From: an uncultured Candidatus Saccharibacteria bacterium
GTDB taxonomy: Bacteria; Patescibacteriota; Saccharimonadia; Saccharimonadales; CAYGIR01
Length of the DNA: 33,235 nucleotides
Assembly (NCBI GenBank): GCA_964349985.1
Contig: CAYGIR010000002.1
Location: 1 to 33,235 of the forward strand
Reading direction: 5' to 3'
Under the pieces are notes generated by a model. The model saw only the letters and a program-made list of their open reading frames with translations. It did not search any database and was not told where the DNA came from. Made by a program: the position numbers and the translations under genes. Of this stretch, positions 1 to 8,006 are shown piece after piece; the first letter of the stretch is position 1; every line of letters starts with the position of its first letter.

Positions 1-122
1 CGTCTCATGTCTGAGTTCTGGTCAAAATTATTAGAATTTAGCGTTCCTAACTCAATCCCTGCCATATCTAAAATCCTCAGGGTTGTATCAGAATCATTTT
101 TTGCTGTCATAATTTCATGCAT
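1..122 (-). CDS. hypothetical protein, N-terminal fragment running off the window start
   Basis: ATG at 122-120 with AAGGAGA 6 nt upstream. Frame is open to base 1 (MHEIMTAKNDSDTTLRILDMAGIELGTLNSNNFDQNSDMR...). No family recognised. Confidence 0.4.
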   Translation of the reverse strand, partial: MHEIMTAKNDSDTTLRILDMAGIELGTLNSNNFDQNSDMR

Positions 123-148
123 ATTGTGTCTCCTTTATCACTTATAAT

Positions 149-176
149 GAAAAACCGCTCACTTTTGTGACGGTTG
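149..176 (-). terminator. candidate intrinsic terminator or attenuator downstream of rpsI
   Basis: Minus-strand RNA AACCGUCAC-AAAA-GUGAGCGGUU (9 bp stem, one bulge) runs into a U-run. Caveat: it lies only ~15 nt upstream of the SD of the next gene. Confidence 0.4.
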
Positions 177-308
177 ATCGTTTGTATTTGAGAAATATTT
201 ACTGAGTTACGTAAACATACCGGACAAACCGCCACACAGCGTGTCTGTAAACCAAGTATACTTCGTATTTTGCATAGACATTATATTACCATTACTAACA
301 AGATTTGT

Positions 309-707
309 CTAGCGTTTGGTGAATTGACGTTGTTTGCGAGCACCCTTGAGACCGAATTTCTTGCGCTCTTTTTCGCGGGGGTCCCGTCCTAGTAGATCGG
401 CGCGCTTGAGAGTACTACGAAGGTCTTCGTTCATAACCGCCAGTGCTTTTGCTATACCAAGTCGGATTGCATCTACCTGGCTACTGTGGCCTCCACCAGA
501 TACAACAACACTAACATCGTATTTGTTCATTATTTCCAAAACGATAAAAGGCTTCTCGAGCTCATGATACAAGGATTTGCTACCATCGAGATACTCGAGA
601 GCGGGCTTCCCGTTAATAGTAATTGTACCTTTTCCATTAAATACACGTACACGTGCGGTTGAGCTTTTACGCCGTCCTAGCGCGTAATGATAGTGTTGGT
701 CGCTCAT
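309..707 (-). CDS. rpsI: 30S ribosomal protein S9
   Basis: 132 aa. S9 hallmarks GRRKSSTARVRV and C-terminal KGARKQRQFTKR. ATGA overlap with rplM stop. Confidence 0.97.
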   Translation of the reverse strand: MSDQHYHYALGRRKSSTARVRVFNGKGTITINGKPALEYLDGSKSLYHELEKPFIVLEIMNKYDVSVVVSGGGHSSQVDAIRLGIAKALAVMNEDLRSTLKRADLLGRDPREKERKKFGLKGARKQRQFTKR

Positions 708-1198
708 GCTTGATCTCCTTTATGATTAGAGGACGAAGAACTCGCTTTGGTATCTGATATCTTTGTGCTTTTGAGAGACATAATCTCTGGTTTCTGGGGC
801 GCATGGTCATGATCTGCTCCCGGATAGACCTTTAGTCGTTTGAGTCGTTCCGCTCGTAGTTTATTAACTGGCAACATACCTCGTACCGCTTTAGTGATAG
901 GCAAGATTGGGTCTTTGATCAGTTGCGCGCTCAAAGTAGTCGTAGTCAAACCACTAGGATAACCACTGTACCGATAGTATTTCTTAGCCTCAAGTTTATT
1001 ACCAGTAACAACCAAATGGGCGGCATTTATTATCACTACAAAATCGCCACAATCAATATGTTTGGTAAATTGCGGTTTTCGTTTGCCCATAAGTAACTCA
1101 GCTGTAACGGTAGCCATTCTGCCCAAGGGAACTTCCGAAGCGTCAATCACATACCACTTTCTAAGAACTTCGCTTGGCTTTGCGCTATAAGTTTTCAT
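704..1198 (-). CDS. rplM: 50S ribosomal protein L13
   Basis: 164 aa. N-terminus MKTYSAKPSEVLRKWYVIDA is typical of L13. Ser-rich C-terminal tail. ATGA overlap with rplQ stop. Confidence 0.97.
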   Translation of the reverse strand: MKTYSAKPSEVLRKWYVIDASEVPLGRMATVTAELLMGKRKPQFTKHIDCGDFVVIINAAHLVVTGNKLEAKKYYRYSGYPSGLTTTTLSAQLIKDPILPITKAVRGMLPVNKLRAERLKRLKVYPGADHDHAPQKPEIMSLKSTKISDTKASSSSSNHKGDQA

Positions 1199-1674
1199 CC
1201 CTGAGAATCCTTTTTAACTACTGGTTTTTTAATCGGTGTTTTTTTAGGGGGCTTGGTGATCGGGCCTGCAGGCTTTTGTTGGGTTTTTTCAACCTGACTA
1301 ACCGGTGCCTGTTTAAGATCATCAACAAAGCTTACTCTTGCCATCTGCGCATTGTCACCACGACGTAATTTGGTTCGTTCGATCCGCAGATGACCACTGG
1401 ATCGTCCGCCAAGCAAGGGAGCAATTTCGTCAACAAGCTTATGCGCAGTCGCAACTGTTTGTAACTCGCTGATGATTTGTCGACGATTATGTAAATCACC
1501 TTTTTTGGCCTTAGTAATGAGTTTCTCTACGTAAGGGACAATTTCTTTTGCTTTAGGCAAGGTTGTTTCGATTGATTCATGCTTAATCAACGATTCGGCA
1601 AGGCTCTGCACAAGTGCTTCTCGCTGATCTCGTTCTCTGTGAAACTTTCGACCTTTATACCCATGTCTATGCAT
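1195..1674 (-). CDS. rplQ: 50S ribosomal protein L17
   Basis: 159 aa. L17 core (MHRHGYKGRKF...TTLPKAKE...) with a Lys/Pro-rich C-terminal tail. Follows rpoA as in the alpha operon. Confidence 0.96.
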   Translation of the reverse strand: MHRHGYKGRKFHRERDQREALVQSLAESLIKHESIETTLPKAKEIVPYVEKLITKAKKGDLHNRRQIISELQTVATAHKLVDEIAPLLGGRSSGHLRIERTKLRRGDNAQMARVSFVDDLKQAPVSQVEKTQQKPAGPITKPPKKTPIKKPVVKKDSQG

Positions 1675-1795
1675 AAGAGGCTCCCTTTGGGCGCGGGGTG
1701 AGAACTTGGAAGCTAGAAGTTAGAGAAGCTACTATTGCCCACTCTCTGCGCACTTCTATCTTCACACTCCTAAATTGTTCTAACAATTTAATCAT
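1667..1795 (-). CDS. intercistronic relay sORF, 42 aa (rpoA stop to rplQ start)
   Basis: ATG at 1795 shares one base with the rpoA TAA (TAATG). Hand translation gives MIKLLEQFRSVKIEVRREWAIVASLTSSFQVLTPRPKGASYA with no internal stop. TAG at 1669-1667 overlaps rplQ by 8 nt. Paralog of the sORF at 9001-9123. Confidence 0.5.
   Translation of the reverse strand: MIKLLEQFRSVKIEVRREWAIVASLTSSFQVLTPRPKGASYA
1675..1794 (-). repeat. spacer cassette copy A (paralog of 9002-9124)
   Basis: Manual alignment to 9002-9124 gives about 78 percent identity over 120 nt with no indels. Shared blocks: CACTCCTAAATTG, TAGAAGTTAG, GAAGCT, TATTGCCC. Confidence 0.85.
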
Positions 1796-2736
1796 TAGGG
1801 TTCCAGTTCCGCTAGTTTATCCTTGACTTCATCCAATGCTTTGCTTCCAAATCCCTTTAATTCGCGCAATTCGAGATCACTCAATACAAACAGGTCATTC
1901 AATCTATGGATATCGTTGTTTATTAATGCGTTGGTTGTACGAGCAGATAGATTAAGATCTTCAATAGGCGTCATGAGTTCAGTTGGTTCTTCAGCCTCAA
2001 TCGCATCAATACCACCGTCCTTCATACCAAGAGGTGCTGAGACTTCTACGCGAGTCTGTCCGGCAAGTGCAGAATACTGGTTGACCAAGATAGCAGCCGC
2101 TTCCTCAAACGCGTCACGGGGAGTAATTGAGCCATCAGTTACAACGCTTATCAACAGTTTGTCCAGATCAGTAATTTGTCCCACACGCGTACTCTCTACC
2201 TTGTATCGAACGCGCAAAACAGGCGTAAAAATAGCATCGAGCGCGACATGATCACTGGCCTTATTGGATGAGCTGGCCTCTATGCTACGATAACCACGAC
2301 CTGTCTCGACAACAATATCCATGACAAACTTAGCCTTTTCATCATCAATCGTAGCAATGATCTGGTCTGGGTTAACTACTTCAATGTCAGCGTTAGTCTG
2401 AATATCTGCAGCCGTTACAACACCCCTACCCTGACGAACAATACGTAGATTTTGGACATCATCTCCAAATACTCGGAAGCGAACGGATTTAAGATTCATC
2501 ATAATATCTACGGCATCTTCTTTGACGCCTTTAACTGTGGTAAATTCATGAGTAACGCCTTCGATCTTAAAGGAAGTTATTGCAGCTCCAGAGATAGATG
2601 ACAGCAAAACCCGTCTTAGTGAATTGCCGAGTGTCATTCCATAACCCGTATGTAACGGTTCAATCGTAAACGTGGAACTCGTATCGCTCTGGTCGTCGAC
2701 GCTCACAACTCCTGGTGTATAAATTGTTTTTGACAT
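1795..2736 (-). CDS. rpoA: DNA-directed RNA polymerase subunit alpha
   Basis: 313 aa. Alpha N-terminal domain motifs (EPLHTGYGMTLGNSLRRVLLSSI) and a C-terminal HhH domain (LNLSARTTNALINNDI). Confidence 0.97.
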   Translation of the reverse strand: MSKTIYTPGVVSVDDQSDTSSTFTIEPLHTGYGMTLGNSLRRVLLSSISGAAITSFKIEGVTHEFTTVKGVKEDAVDIMMNLKSVRFRVFGDDVQNLRIVRQGRGVVTAADIQTNADIEVVNPDQIIATIDDEKAKFVMDIVVETGRGYRSIEASSSNKASDHVALDAIFTPVLRVRYKVESTRVGQITDLDKLLISVVTDGSITPRDAFEEAAAILVNQYSALAGQTRVEVSAPLGMKDGGIDAIEAEEPTELMTPIEDLNLSARTTNALINNDIHRLNDLFVLSDLELRELKGFGSKALDEVKDKLAELEP

Positions 2737-2756
2737 ATAGTTTCTGCCTCCTTGGC

Positions 2757-3380
2757 TTAGCGCGAGTAATACTCGACAATTAATTGCTCATTGATATCTG
2801 GTTCTGCTTCTTCACGAGCCGGCAAACCGGTTATATTGATAACCAGCTTCTTTCGATCGGCTGTAAGCCAGACTGGTAGGCTGGATGGTGCGGGGCTTAC
2901 TTCATCGAGTCGTTTGAAGTACTGTGAATTTTTACTGTGATCACGGACGGTCAAATTGTCACCCGCTTGAAGGCGAATTGATGGTATATCGAATCGTCGT
3001 CCATTGAGCATGAAGTGCCCGTGCGTAACGAGCTGTCGAGCGGCTCGACGGCTAGGCGCGAGCCCGGCACGATAAACAGTGTTGTCGGCACGCTGTTCAA
3101 GTAATTGTAATAACATATCGCCTGTCTGACCTTGACGACGGGTTGCTTCCTTCATGAGATTACTAAACTGCTTTTCTAACAGCCCATAGAGCCTCTTGAC
3201 TTTTTGTTTTTCTCTTAATTGTAAGGAGTATTGGCTAGCCTTGTTACGATTGCCCCGACCAGTGTTTTTCTGACCAGGCATGGCCGTCGCGCGCTTAACC
3301 AACGCCTTGTGAGCTTTTGGATGAAGAGCGTAACCTTCGCGACGACTCATCTTAACAATAGAACCTAGGTCTCTAGCCAC
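2757..3380 (-). CDS. rpsD: 30S ribosomal protein S4
   Basis: I chose the GTG at 3380, with GGAGG 5 nt upstream, giving the canonical MARD...SRREG N-terminus (207 aa). The ORF-track ATG at 3392 would add 4 residues. Confidence 0.93.
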   Translation of the reverse strand: MARDLGSIVKMSRREGYALHPKAHKALVKRATAMPGQKNTGRGNRNKASQYSLQLREKQKVKRLYGLLEKQFSNLMKEATRRQGQTGDMLLQLLEQRADNTVYRAGLAPSRRAARQLVTHGHFMLNGRRFDIPSIRLQAGDNLTVRDHSKNSQYFKRLDEVSPAPSSLPVWLTADRKKLVINITGLPAREEAEPDINEQLIVEYYSR

Positions 3381-3447
3381 GGTAGCCTCCATCCCTATTC
3401 AACAGTAAATCACCATCTTTAGTTGTACTAGAAATAATTATGTTCAT
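3373..3447 (-). CDS. intercistronic relay sORF, 24 aa (rpsK stop to rpsD start)
   Basis: ATG lies 1 nt after the rpsK TAG (TAGTATG). AGGAGA embedded in the last rpsK codons sits 7 nt upstream. Peptide MNIIISSTTKDGDLLLNRDGGYRG. TAG overlaps rpsD by 8 nt. Confidence 0.45.
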   Translation of the reverse strand: MNIIISSTTKDGDLLLNRDGGYRG

Positions 3448-3448
3448 A

Positions 3449-3952
3449 CTATACTCTCCTAGCCTTTCGTGGACGTACGCCACCATGCGCGATACTGGTA
3501 ACATCGCAGATGCTAGCAACATGGATATCCATATTTTGCAAACTTCTGATAGCCGCTTCTCGTCCTTGGCCAATTCCTTTAACATATACATCAACCCTAC
3601 TTAACCCGTGTAACTGCTTGACGATCTGTCCTGCTTTTTCGGCAGCAATTTGTGCGGCGTAGGCTGTGCCCTTTTTGGAGCCTCTGAACCCACATGCGCC
3701 TGCACTGGAAGCGGCCAGAACTCCGCCTGAATAATCAGTAAACGTAATAATAGTGTTATTAAACGTTGCCTGGACATGCATTTGACCTGCGGGGATTGAA
3801 CGCTTAACCTTCTTCTTTTTTGCCGGTTTCGGCGCTGGAGTGCTGCTTTGGGTTGTGTCAGTTGTGTTTGCTGACACGACGTCAGTAGGAATCTCGACTT
3901 CCGTGCTGTGTTCTTGATTTGATATAGGTGATTTGGTATTAGTAGTTGTCAT
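3449..3952 (-). CDS. rpsK: 30S ribosomal protein S11
   Basis: 167 aa. S11 core (HVQATFNNTIITFTD...GSKKGTAYAAQ) preceded by a ~40 aa Thr/Ser-rich N-terminal extension. Confidence 0.95.
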   Translation of the reverse strand: MTTTNTKSPISNQEHSTEVEIPTDVVSANTTDTTQSSTPAPKPAKKKKVKRSIPAGQMHVQATFNNTIITFTDYSGGVLAASSAGACGFRGSKKGTAYAAQIAAEKAGQIVKQLHGLSRVDVYVKGIGQGREAAIRSLQNMDIHVASICDVTSIAHGGVRPRKARRV

Positions 3953-3955
3953 ATA

Positions 3956-4342
3956 TTATGTCTTTGATGCTGATTTAGGTTGAGATCCACCAATAGCGAC
4001 TTTGCGGCCTCTACGAGTGCGGGCATTGGTCCTAGTGCGTTGTCCACGAGAGGGTAGACCAATCTTATGTCTAATGCCCCTGTAGGTATTAATATCTTTA
4101 AGTCGTTTCACATTAGTCGCCACGACTCGTTGCAACTCACCCTCAACCATATATTGATCGTTGATATGATCCTGAATACGCGAAATCTCAGCATCCGTTA
4201 AATTCTTGACACGCGTAACAACGTCTACTTTAGCCGCCGTCAATATATCGACACTGGCCTTAGGTCCAATCCCATAAATATAGGTCAGAGCAATCGCAAT
4301 CTGCTTGCTATCAGGAATAGTCACTCCAGATATTCTAGCCAC
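3956..4342 (-). CDS. rpsM: 30S ribosomal protein S13
   Basis: 128 aa. MARISGVTIP start from a GTG with GGAGG 6 nt upstream. Confidence 0.96.
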   Translation of the reverse strand: MARISGVTIPDSKQIAIALTYIYGIGPKASVDILTAAKVDVVTRVKNLTDAEISRIQDHINDQYMVEGELQRVVATNVKRLKDINTYRGIRHKIGLPSRGQRTRTNARTRRGRKVAIGGSQPKSASKT

Positions 4343-4457
4343 GAGAAACCTCCGGTTTCGTGAGTATTGAGCAAGGAGCCCAGAGCAATGAAATTACAAA
4401 ACTCCATGCTCGTTGCTCCATACTCGTTGCTCTAAAATGCTTTAGCATTTTACTCAT
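4335..4457 (-). CDS. intercistronic relay sORF, 40 aa (rpmJ stop to rpsM start)
   Basis: ATG directly abuts the rpmJ TAA (TAAATG). Peptide MSKMLKHFRATSMEQRAWSFVISLLWAPCSILTKPEVSRG. TAG overlaps rpsM by 8 nt. Confidence 0.45.
   Translation of the reverse strand: MSKMLKHFRATSMEQRAWSFVISLLWAPCSILTKPEVSRG
4402..4432 (-). repeat. 14-nt tandem duplication (two GAGCAnn-type heptamer pairs)
   Basis: Plus strand reads ctccatgctcgttg ctccatactcgttg ctc, with one mismatch between units. Confidence 0.8.
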
Positions 4458-4574
4458 TTAGCCTTGCCTCTGCTTATGCTTTGGCTTTAGTTTATTAATA
4501 ACATATACCCTACCTTTACGGCGGACTATAATATCATCTGGGCTGATTTTTTTGACGCTAGCACGCACTTTCAT
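4458..4574 (-). CDS. rpmJ: 50S ribosomal protein L36
   Basis: Not in the ORF track because it is under 60 aa. Hand translation gives [38 protein letters not shown] (38 aa), the canonical L36 pattern, with GGAGAA upstream. Confidence 0.93.
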   Translation of the reverse strand: MKVRASVKKISPDDIIVRRKGRVYVINKLKPKHKQRQG

Positions 4575-4756
4575 GCGGATCATTCTCCTATAACTGCGAG
4601 TGAATGACACACTGCTTAATTTATTATAAATGTAGTCATCACATTTACGGAATGGTTCAGTGTAAACAGCAATTTAATTTCCATGGTAAACGTATTTTAT
4701 ATTACGTAACCTTGGGATCTTGAGCTTGTCTTACACTGTGCCGTTCTGTAAATGTA

Positions 4757-4975
4757 CTAACTTTTGCGATAGGTGATTCTGCCCTTAGTTAGATCATAAG
4801 GGGTCAACTCAACCGTCACGCTGTCGCCGGGCACAAGTCGAATATAATGTTTTCTCATTTTGCCGGCAACATGAGCTATAATCTTATGACCATTTTCTAG
4901 TTCTACTCTAAACTGCGTTCCTGGCAAAGCCTCAACGACGGTTCCTTCGAGTTCGATAACTTCTTTATGTGCCAT
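4757..4975 (-). CDS. infA: translation initiation factor IF-1
   Basis: 72 aa from the internal ATG at 4975 ([30 protein letters not shown]...), the standard IF-1 length. The track ORF extends a further 48 codons into secY. Confidence 0.93.
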   Translation of the reverse strand: MAHKEVIELEGTVVEALPGTQFRVELENGHKIIAHVAGKMRKHYIRLVPGDSVTVELTPYDLTKGRITYRKS

Positions 4976-4994
4976 AAGTGTATAACAAGACGTA

Positions 4995-5024
4995 ATTATA
5001 TCACACCCGTCAATAGGATGTAAA
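4995..5024 (-). promoter_or_regulatory. candidate sigma70-type promoter for infA
   Basis: Minus strand TTTACA-N18-TATAAT in the secY-infA spacer. The -10 hexamer ends 19 nt before the ATG and no SD is visible. Confidence 0.35.
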
Positions 5025-5033
5025 GGAACTTTT

Positions 5034-6533
5034 TCAGCTACGTTTCCTTCGTAGTTTGTTAGGTATAAATTTAGCAATTCTACCTCTGTTAGCTCTCTTT
5101 GTAGGCATCGAATTATCATAAAAGAAGTCTGGTTGTTCGTATTGATCGTAGTTGACCATAAGAGCTCGTGATTCGATGGATCGTAGCGTTTCCAGTGCTA
5201 CTGAAACTAAGATCAATATACTGGTGCCACCGATGGCTATACTAGTCTTAAGAAACAACTGCCCAACTATGGGCAACAACGCCAGGCCTCCAAGACTCAA
5301 TGCTCCAAAAAGCGTTAGACGATTAACGATTTTCGCAAGATACTTCTCTGTCTGTAGTCCTGATCGTACTTCCGTGATAAAGCCTCCTTGCTTCTGTAGA
5401 TTCTCGGCAATCTCTTTAGCATTAAAGGTTATACTTGTATAGAAATAAGTAAATACGAATACTAACAGAAAATACACGACTGGATATATATATGGCGTGA
5501 ATCCAGGGGTTTGAAATGTTGCCTGGCTGGGGGTTTGAAACCACGTGACAAGTTTTGTCCCTAGTGACTGGAGATTGGCACTACTAGTTGTTGTCATTAA
5601 CTGTCCAGCAAAACTTGGGACGCTTAGAAACGCGACCGCGAATATGATTGGAATTACTCCGGCCGTTATAAGTTTGACAGGTAAAATGCTCGTAACGCCA
5701 CCATATGCACGATTACCCTGCACCCGTTTGGCGTAATTTATGGTTATTTGTCTAGATGCTTCGTTCAACTTAACAATCATGATGGTTACTACTACAACTA
5801 TCAGAAGTATAAGCCCACCATATAGTAATGCCCCCTTATTAATCGGAAGTGTTTTCCCAAATAATACGAATTTACTACTTTCATCAATAATTGAACTAAC
5901 TATTGAAGATATCGTTTTAGGTAGGCTACTGATAATACCTACGGTAATTAGTAGCGAGATGCCGTTTCCGACACTCTGTTCCGTAATCAGCTCACCAAGC
6001 CACATCAATATCATCGCACCACCGGTTAATGCGGCAACCATCAGAACCCATTGCATCAATGACGCGCCCGCAGTGATATCACCTATGCCCCCGATTTGTT
6101 GCGCAGATTGCCTTACCAAATATATTGCTCCGATCGATTGAATGATCGCCAAGGGGAAGGTCAACATCCGGGTGTACTGATTGATTTTTTTGCGCCCATA
6201 TTCACCTTCCTTATTGAGATTTTCGAGTTGCGGAATCGCTTTAGTCAATAGTTGCAATATAATAGACGCGTTAATATATGGTCCTAACCCTACTAACATG
6301 ATGGAAAAATTCTCAAGGGCACCACCTGATAATACGTTTATAAAACTCAGCAAAGACGGAGTATTGGTAGAATTAAATAAGTTTTCTAAGACCTGTTTCA
6401 GAGTTTCGGGATTACTCAGGGGGATGGGGAGGTGTGCTAAAACACGAAATATCAATAGCATGCCTAGCACCGCTAGAATACGATTACGCATGTCAGCATT
6501 TTTTAATGCCGTCCAGATTACTTTCCAGCTCAT
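5034..6533 (-). CDS. secY: preprotein translocase subunit SecY
   Basis: 499 aa from the ATG at 6533 ([30 protein letters not shown]), with GAGGGA 9 nt upstream. The track start at 6587 is a TTG 18 codons upstream. Multi-pass membrane profile with a basic C-terminal tail. Confidence 0.94.
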   Translation of the reverse strand: MSWKVIWTALKNADMRNRILAVLGMLLIFRVLAHLPIPLSNPETLKQVLENLFNSTNTPSLLSFINVLSGGALENFSIMLVGLGPYINASIILQLLTKAIPQLENLNKEGEYGRKKINQYTRMLTFPLAIIQSIGAIYLVRQSAQQIGGIGDITAGASLMQWVLMVAALTGGAMILMWLGELITEQSVGNGISLLITVGIISSLPKTISSIVSSIIDESSKFVLFGKTLPINKGALLYGGLILLIVVVVTIMIVKLNEASRQITINYAKRVQGNRAYGGVTSILPVKLITAGVIPIIFAVAFLSVPSFAGQLMTTTSSANLQSLGTKLVTWFQTPSQATFQTPGFTPYIYPVVYFLLVFVFTYFYTSITFNAKEIAENLQKQGGFITEVRSGLQTEKYLAKIVNRLTLFGALSLGGLALLPIVGQLFLKTSIAIGGTSILILVSVALETLRSIESRALMVNYDQYEQPDFFYDNSMPTKRANRGRIAKFIPNKLRRKRS

Positions 6534-6594
6534 ATTGCTTATTCCCTCATTTCTCCTATTAAACGGACTTTCGTGCTTTGTTGCCAACTACAGA

Positions 6595-6717
6595 TTAATT
6601 CTGGTTGGAGTTGAGACTATTTAATTCCTGGGGGTAGTTATAGCTACGCCGACAGAAGATAAACAGTTTGTAGCTCTGCGGGATTGATCTGGGATGGTGA
6701 AAAAGTTCGAAAGGCAT
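6595..6717 (-). CDS. spacer sORF, 40 aa (second of two in the rplO-secY spacer)
   Basis: ATG lies 6 nt after the previous sORF stop and in the same frame. Peptide MPFELFHHPRSIPQSYKLFIFCRRSYNYPQELNSLNSNQN. TAA lies 7 nt before the TTG that opens the secY frame. Confidence 0.3.
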   Translation of the reverse strand: MPFELFHHPRSIPQSYKLFIFCRRSYNYPQELNSLNSNQN

Positions 6718-6723
6718 ATATAT

Positions 6724-6801
6724 TTAACCACATGGTGTAGAAAAACCTGAAACAGTTTCACTACATTTACCAAACTGCACAACAATAAGTGATAGGTACA
6801 T
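6724..6801 (-). CDS. spacer sORF, 25 aa (first of two in the rplO-secY spacer)
   Basis: ATG lies 1 nt after the rplO TAG (TAGCATG). Peptide MYLSLIVVQFGKCSETVSGFSTPCG. Confidence 0.35.
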   Translation of the reverse strand: MYLSLIVVQFGKCSETVSGFSTPCG

Positions 6802-6802
6802 G

Positions 6803-7267
6803 CTACTTGGATTCAATTAATTTCTGTCTTTTTACTTGTGGTGTTTTAGTAAAACTACCGCCAGCCTTCTGAATTGCTGCTATTGCCGAGGCACTGCCAG
6901 CCTGGAGATTAACATTCAACTTTTTAGTTACAGAGCCCTTAACAACGAGCTTAACGTTAACGTAAGCATTTGGTACTAGCCCAGCATCAGCCAGAGTAAA
7001 GTTATCTATATTCGCTCCAAGAACGTCCAATTGACCAGTATAGACTGTTTCAACCTTTGGTCGAATAGATCGAAAACCCCTGAGCTTTGGAATGCGTTGC
7101 ATCAAAGGGTTTTGTCCACCCTCAAAACCAGGACGTCTACCGCTGCCAGCTCGTGACTTTTGACCTTTCGTACCCCTACCGGCGGTTTTGCCCTGACCCG
7201 CGGCAATACCACGACCAACCCGTCGGCTAGAACGATTCGCAGTTACTTTGAGTTCATGAAATTTCAT
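6803..7267 (-). CDS. rplO: 50S ribosomal protein L15
   Basis: 154 aa. Gly/Arg-rich L15 N-terminus (RVGRGIAAGQGKTAGRGTKGQKSR). ATGA overlap with rpsE stop. Confidence 0.97.
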   Translation of the reverse strand: MKFHELKVTANRSSRRVGRGIAAGQGKTAGRGTKGQKSRAGSGRRPGFEGGQNPLMQRIPKLRGFRSIRPKVETVYTGQLDVLGANIDNFTLADAGLVPNAYVNVKLVVKGSVTKKLNVNLQAGSASAIAAIQKAGGSFTKTPQVKRQKLIESK

Positions 7268-7878
7268 AGCTTGACCTCCAGCTCTGCTGATTGCACACTG
7301 CTAAGTGGCTTGGCCGTATCTTTGCTGTTGCCTTTGGCTTGCTTGCCCTTAGGCTTAACATTCGTCAACCAATTATCAGGATGCTCAATTGCCTGCATTG
7401 CAGCAAGCGTTGCATACGCTGTATTAATCTTATTCGCTGAACCTAACGATTTGGAAAGTATATTGATAATCCCGGCTACTTCTACAACCGTACGAACCAC
7501 ACCGCCAGCGATCAGCCCCGTACCTGGCACAGCTGGCTTGATAAGAATGCGCGAACCACCAACCTTTACCTCTGAATCATGGGGAATTGTTCCATTAACT
7601 ATATGTATATTTACGAAATGTTTCTTGGCTACATCAACGGCCTTGGTAACAGCACTGGTAACGTCAGCACCCTTAGCGATGCCGATCCCAACCTTGCCCT
7701 TGCGATCACCGACTACTACAAGAGCTCGAAATCTGAATCGTCGACCGCCTTTTACGACGCGTGCGACACGATCAATGTGTATGACCCGTTCATCGTATTG
7801 TTTTTCTTCCGCGGGCATATCTCTGCCACCACGTCCCTGACGATTGCCGCCCCGCTTATCTTGTCCGAATTCACTCAT
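7264..7878 (-). CDS. rpsE: 30S ribosomal protein S5
   Basis: 204 aa from the ATG at 7878, with GAAGGGAG 6 nt upstream. S5 core (VVKGGRRFRFRALVVVGD). Carries N- and C-terminal extensions. Confidence 0.95.
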   Translation of the reverse strand: MSEFGQDKRGGNRQGRGGRDMPAEEKQYDERVIHIDRVARVVKGGRRFRFRALVVVGDRKGKVGIGIAKGADVTSAVTKAVDVAKKHFVNIHIVNGTIPHDSEVKVGGSRILIKPAVPGTGLIAGGVVRTVVEVAGIINILSKSLGSANKINTAYATLAAMQAIEHPDNWLTNVKPKGKQAKGNSKDTAKPLSSVQSAELEVKL

Positions 7879-8006
7879 CAAAAACTCCCTTCGCTTGTTG
7901 CGAGACGCATTATGCCATTAACAATGTCGTATGAACCTACCAAACACACTAATGGTTTACCGAATGCAAGGCATTGTACATGCGAAATATTATAAATAGT
8001 TGTCAA
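7878..8006 (-). CDS. intercistronic relay sORF, 42 codons, TTG start (rplR stop to rpsE start)
   Basis: TTG overlaps the rplR TGA (TTGA). The frame is open across the whole spacer and its TGA shares a base with the rpsE ATG (TGATG). The non-ATG start makes this the weakest member. Confidence 0.3.
   Translation of the reverse strand: MTTIYNISHVQCLAFGKPLVCLVGSYDIVNGIMRLATSEGSF

Noticed and set aside
4757-5119. Upstream-extended starts from the ORF track (infA 5119, rplV 13980, secY 6587, rpsN 9950, rplP 12614, rplB 15065, rpoC 28444, rpsE 7881, rplR 8362)
   Set aside because: The extensions overlap upstream genes or lie upstream of the SD. The internal starts give canonical N-termini with properly spaced SD sequences.
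7160-7840. Long plus-strand ORFs throughout the cluster (for example 7160-7840, 10245-10784, 5740-6141, 6181-6624, 1823-2251, 21860-22267, 23029-23532, 29164-29445)
   Set aside because: Each lies antisense to a confidently identified, conserved minus-strand gene. Each has shadow-ORF composition (Ser/Thr/Arg/Pro/Cys rich) and lacks an SD, so they are treated as non-coding.
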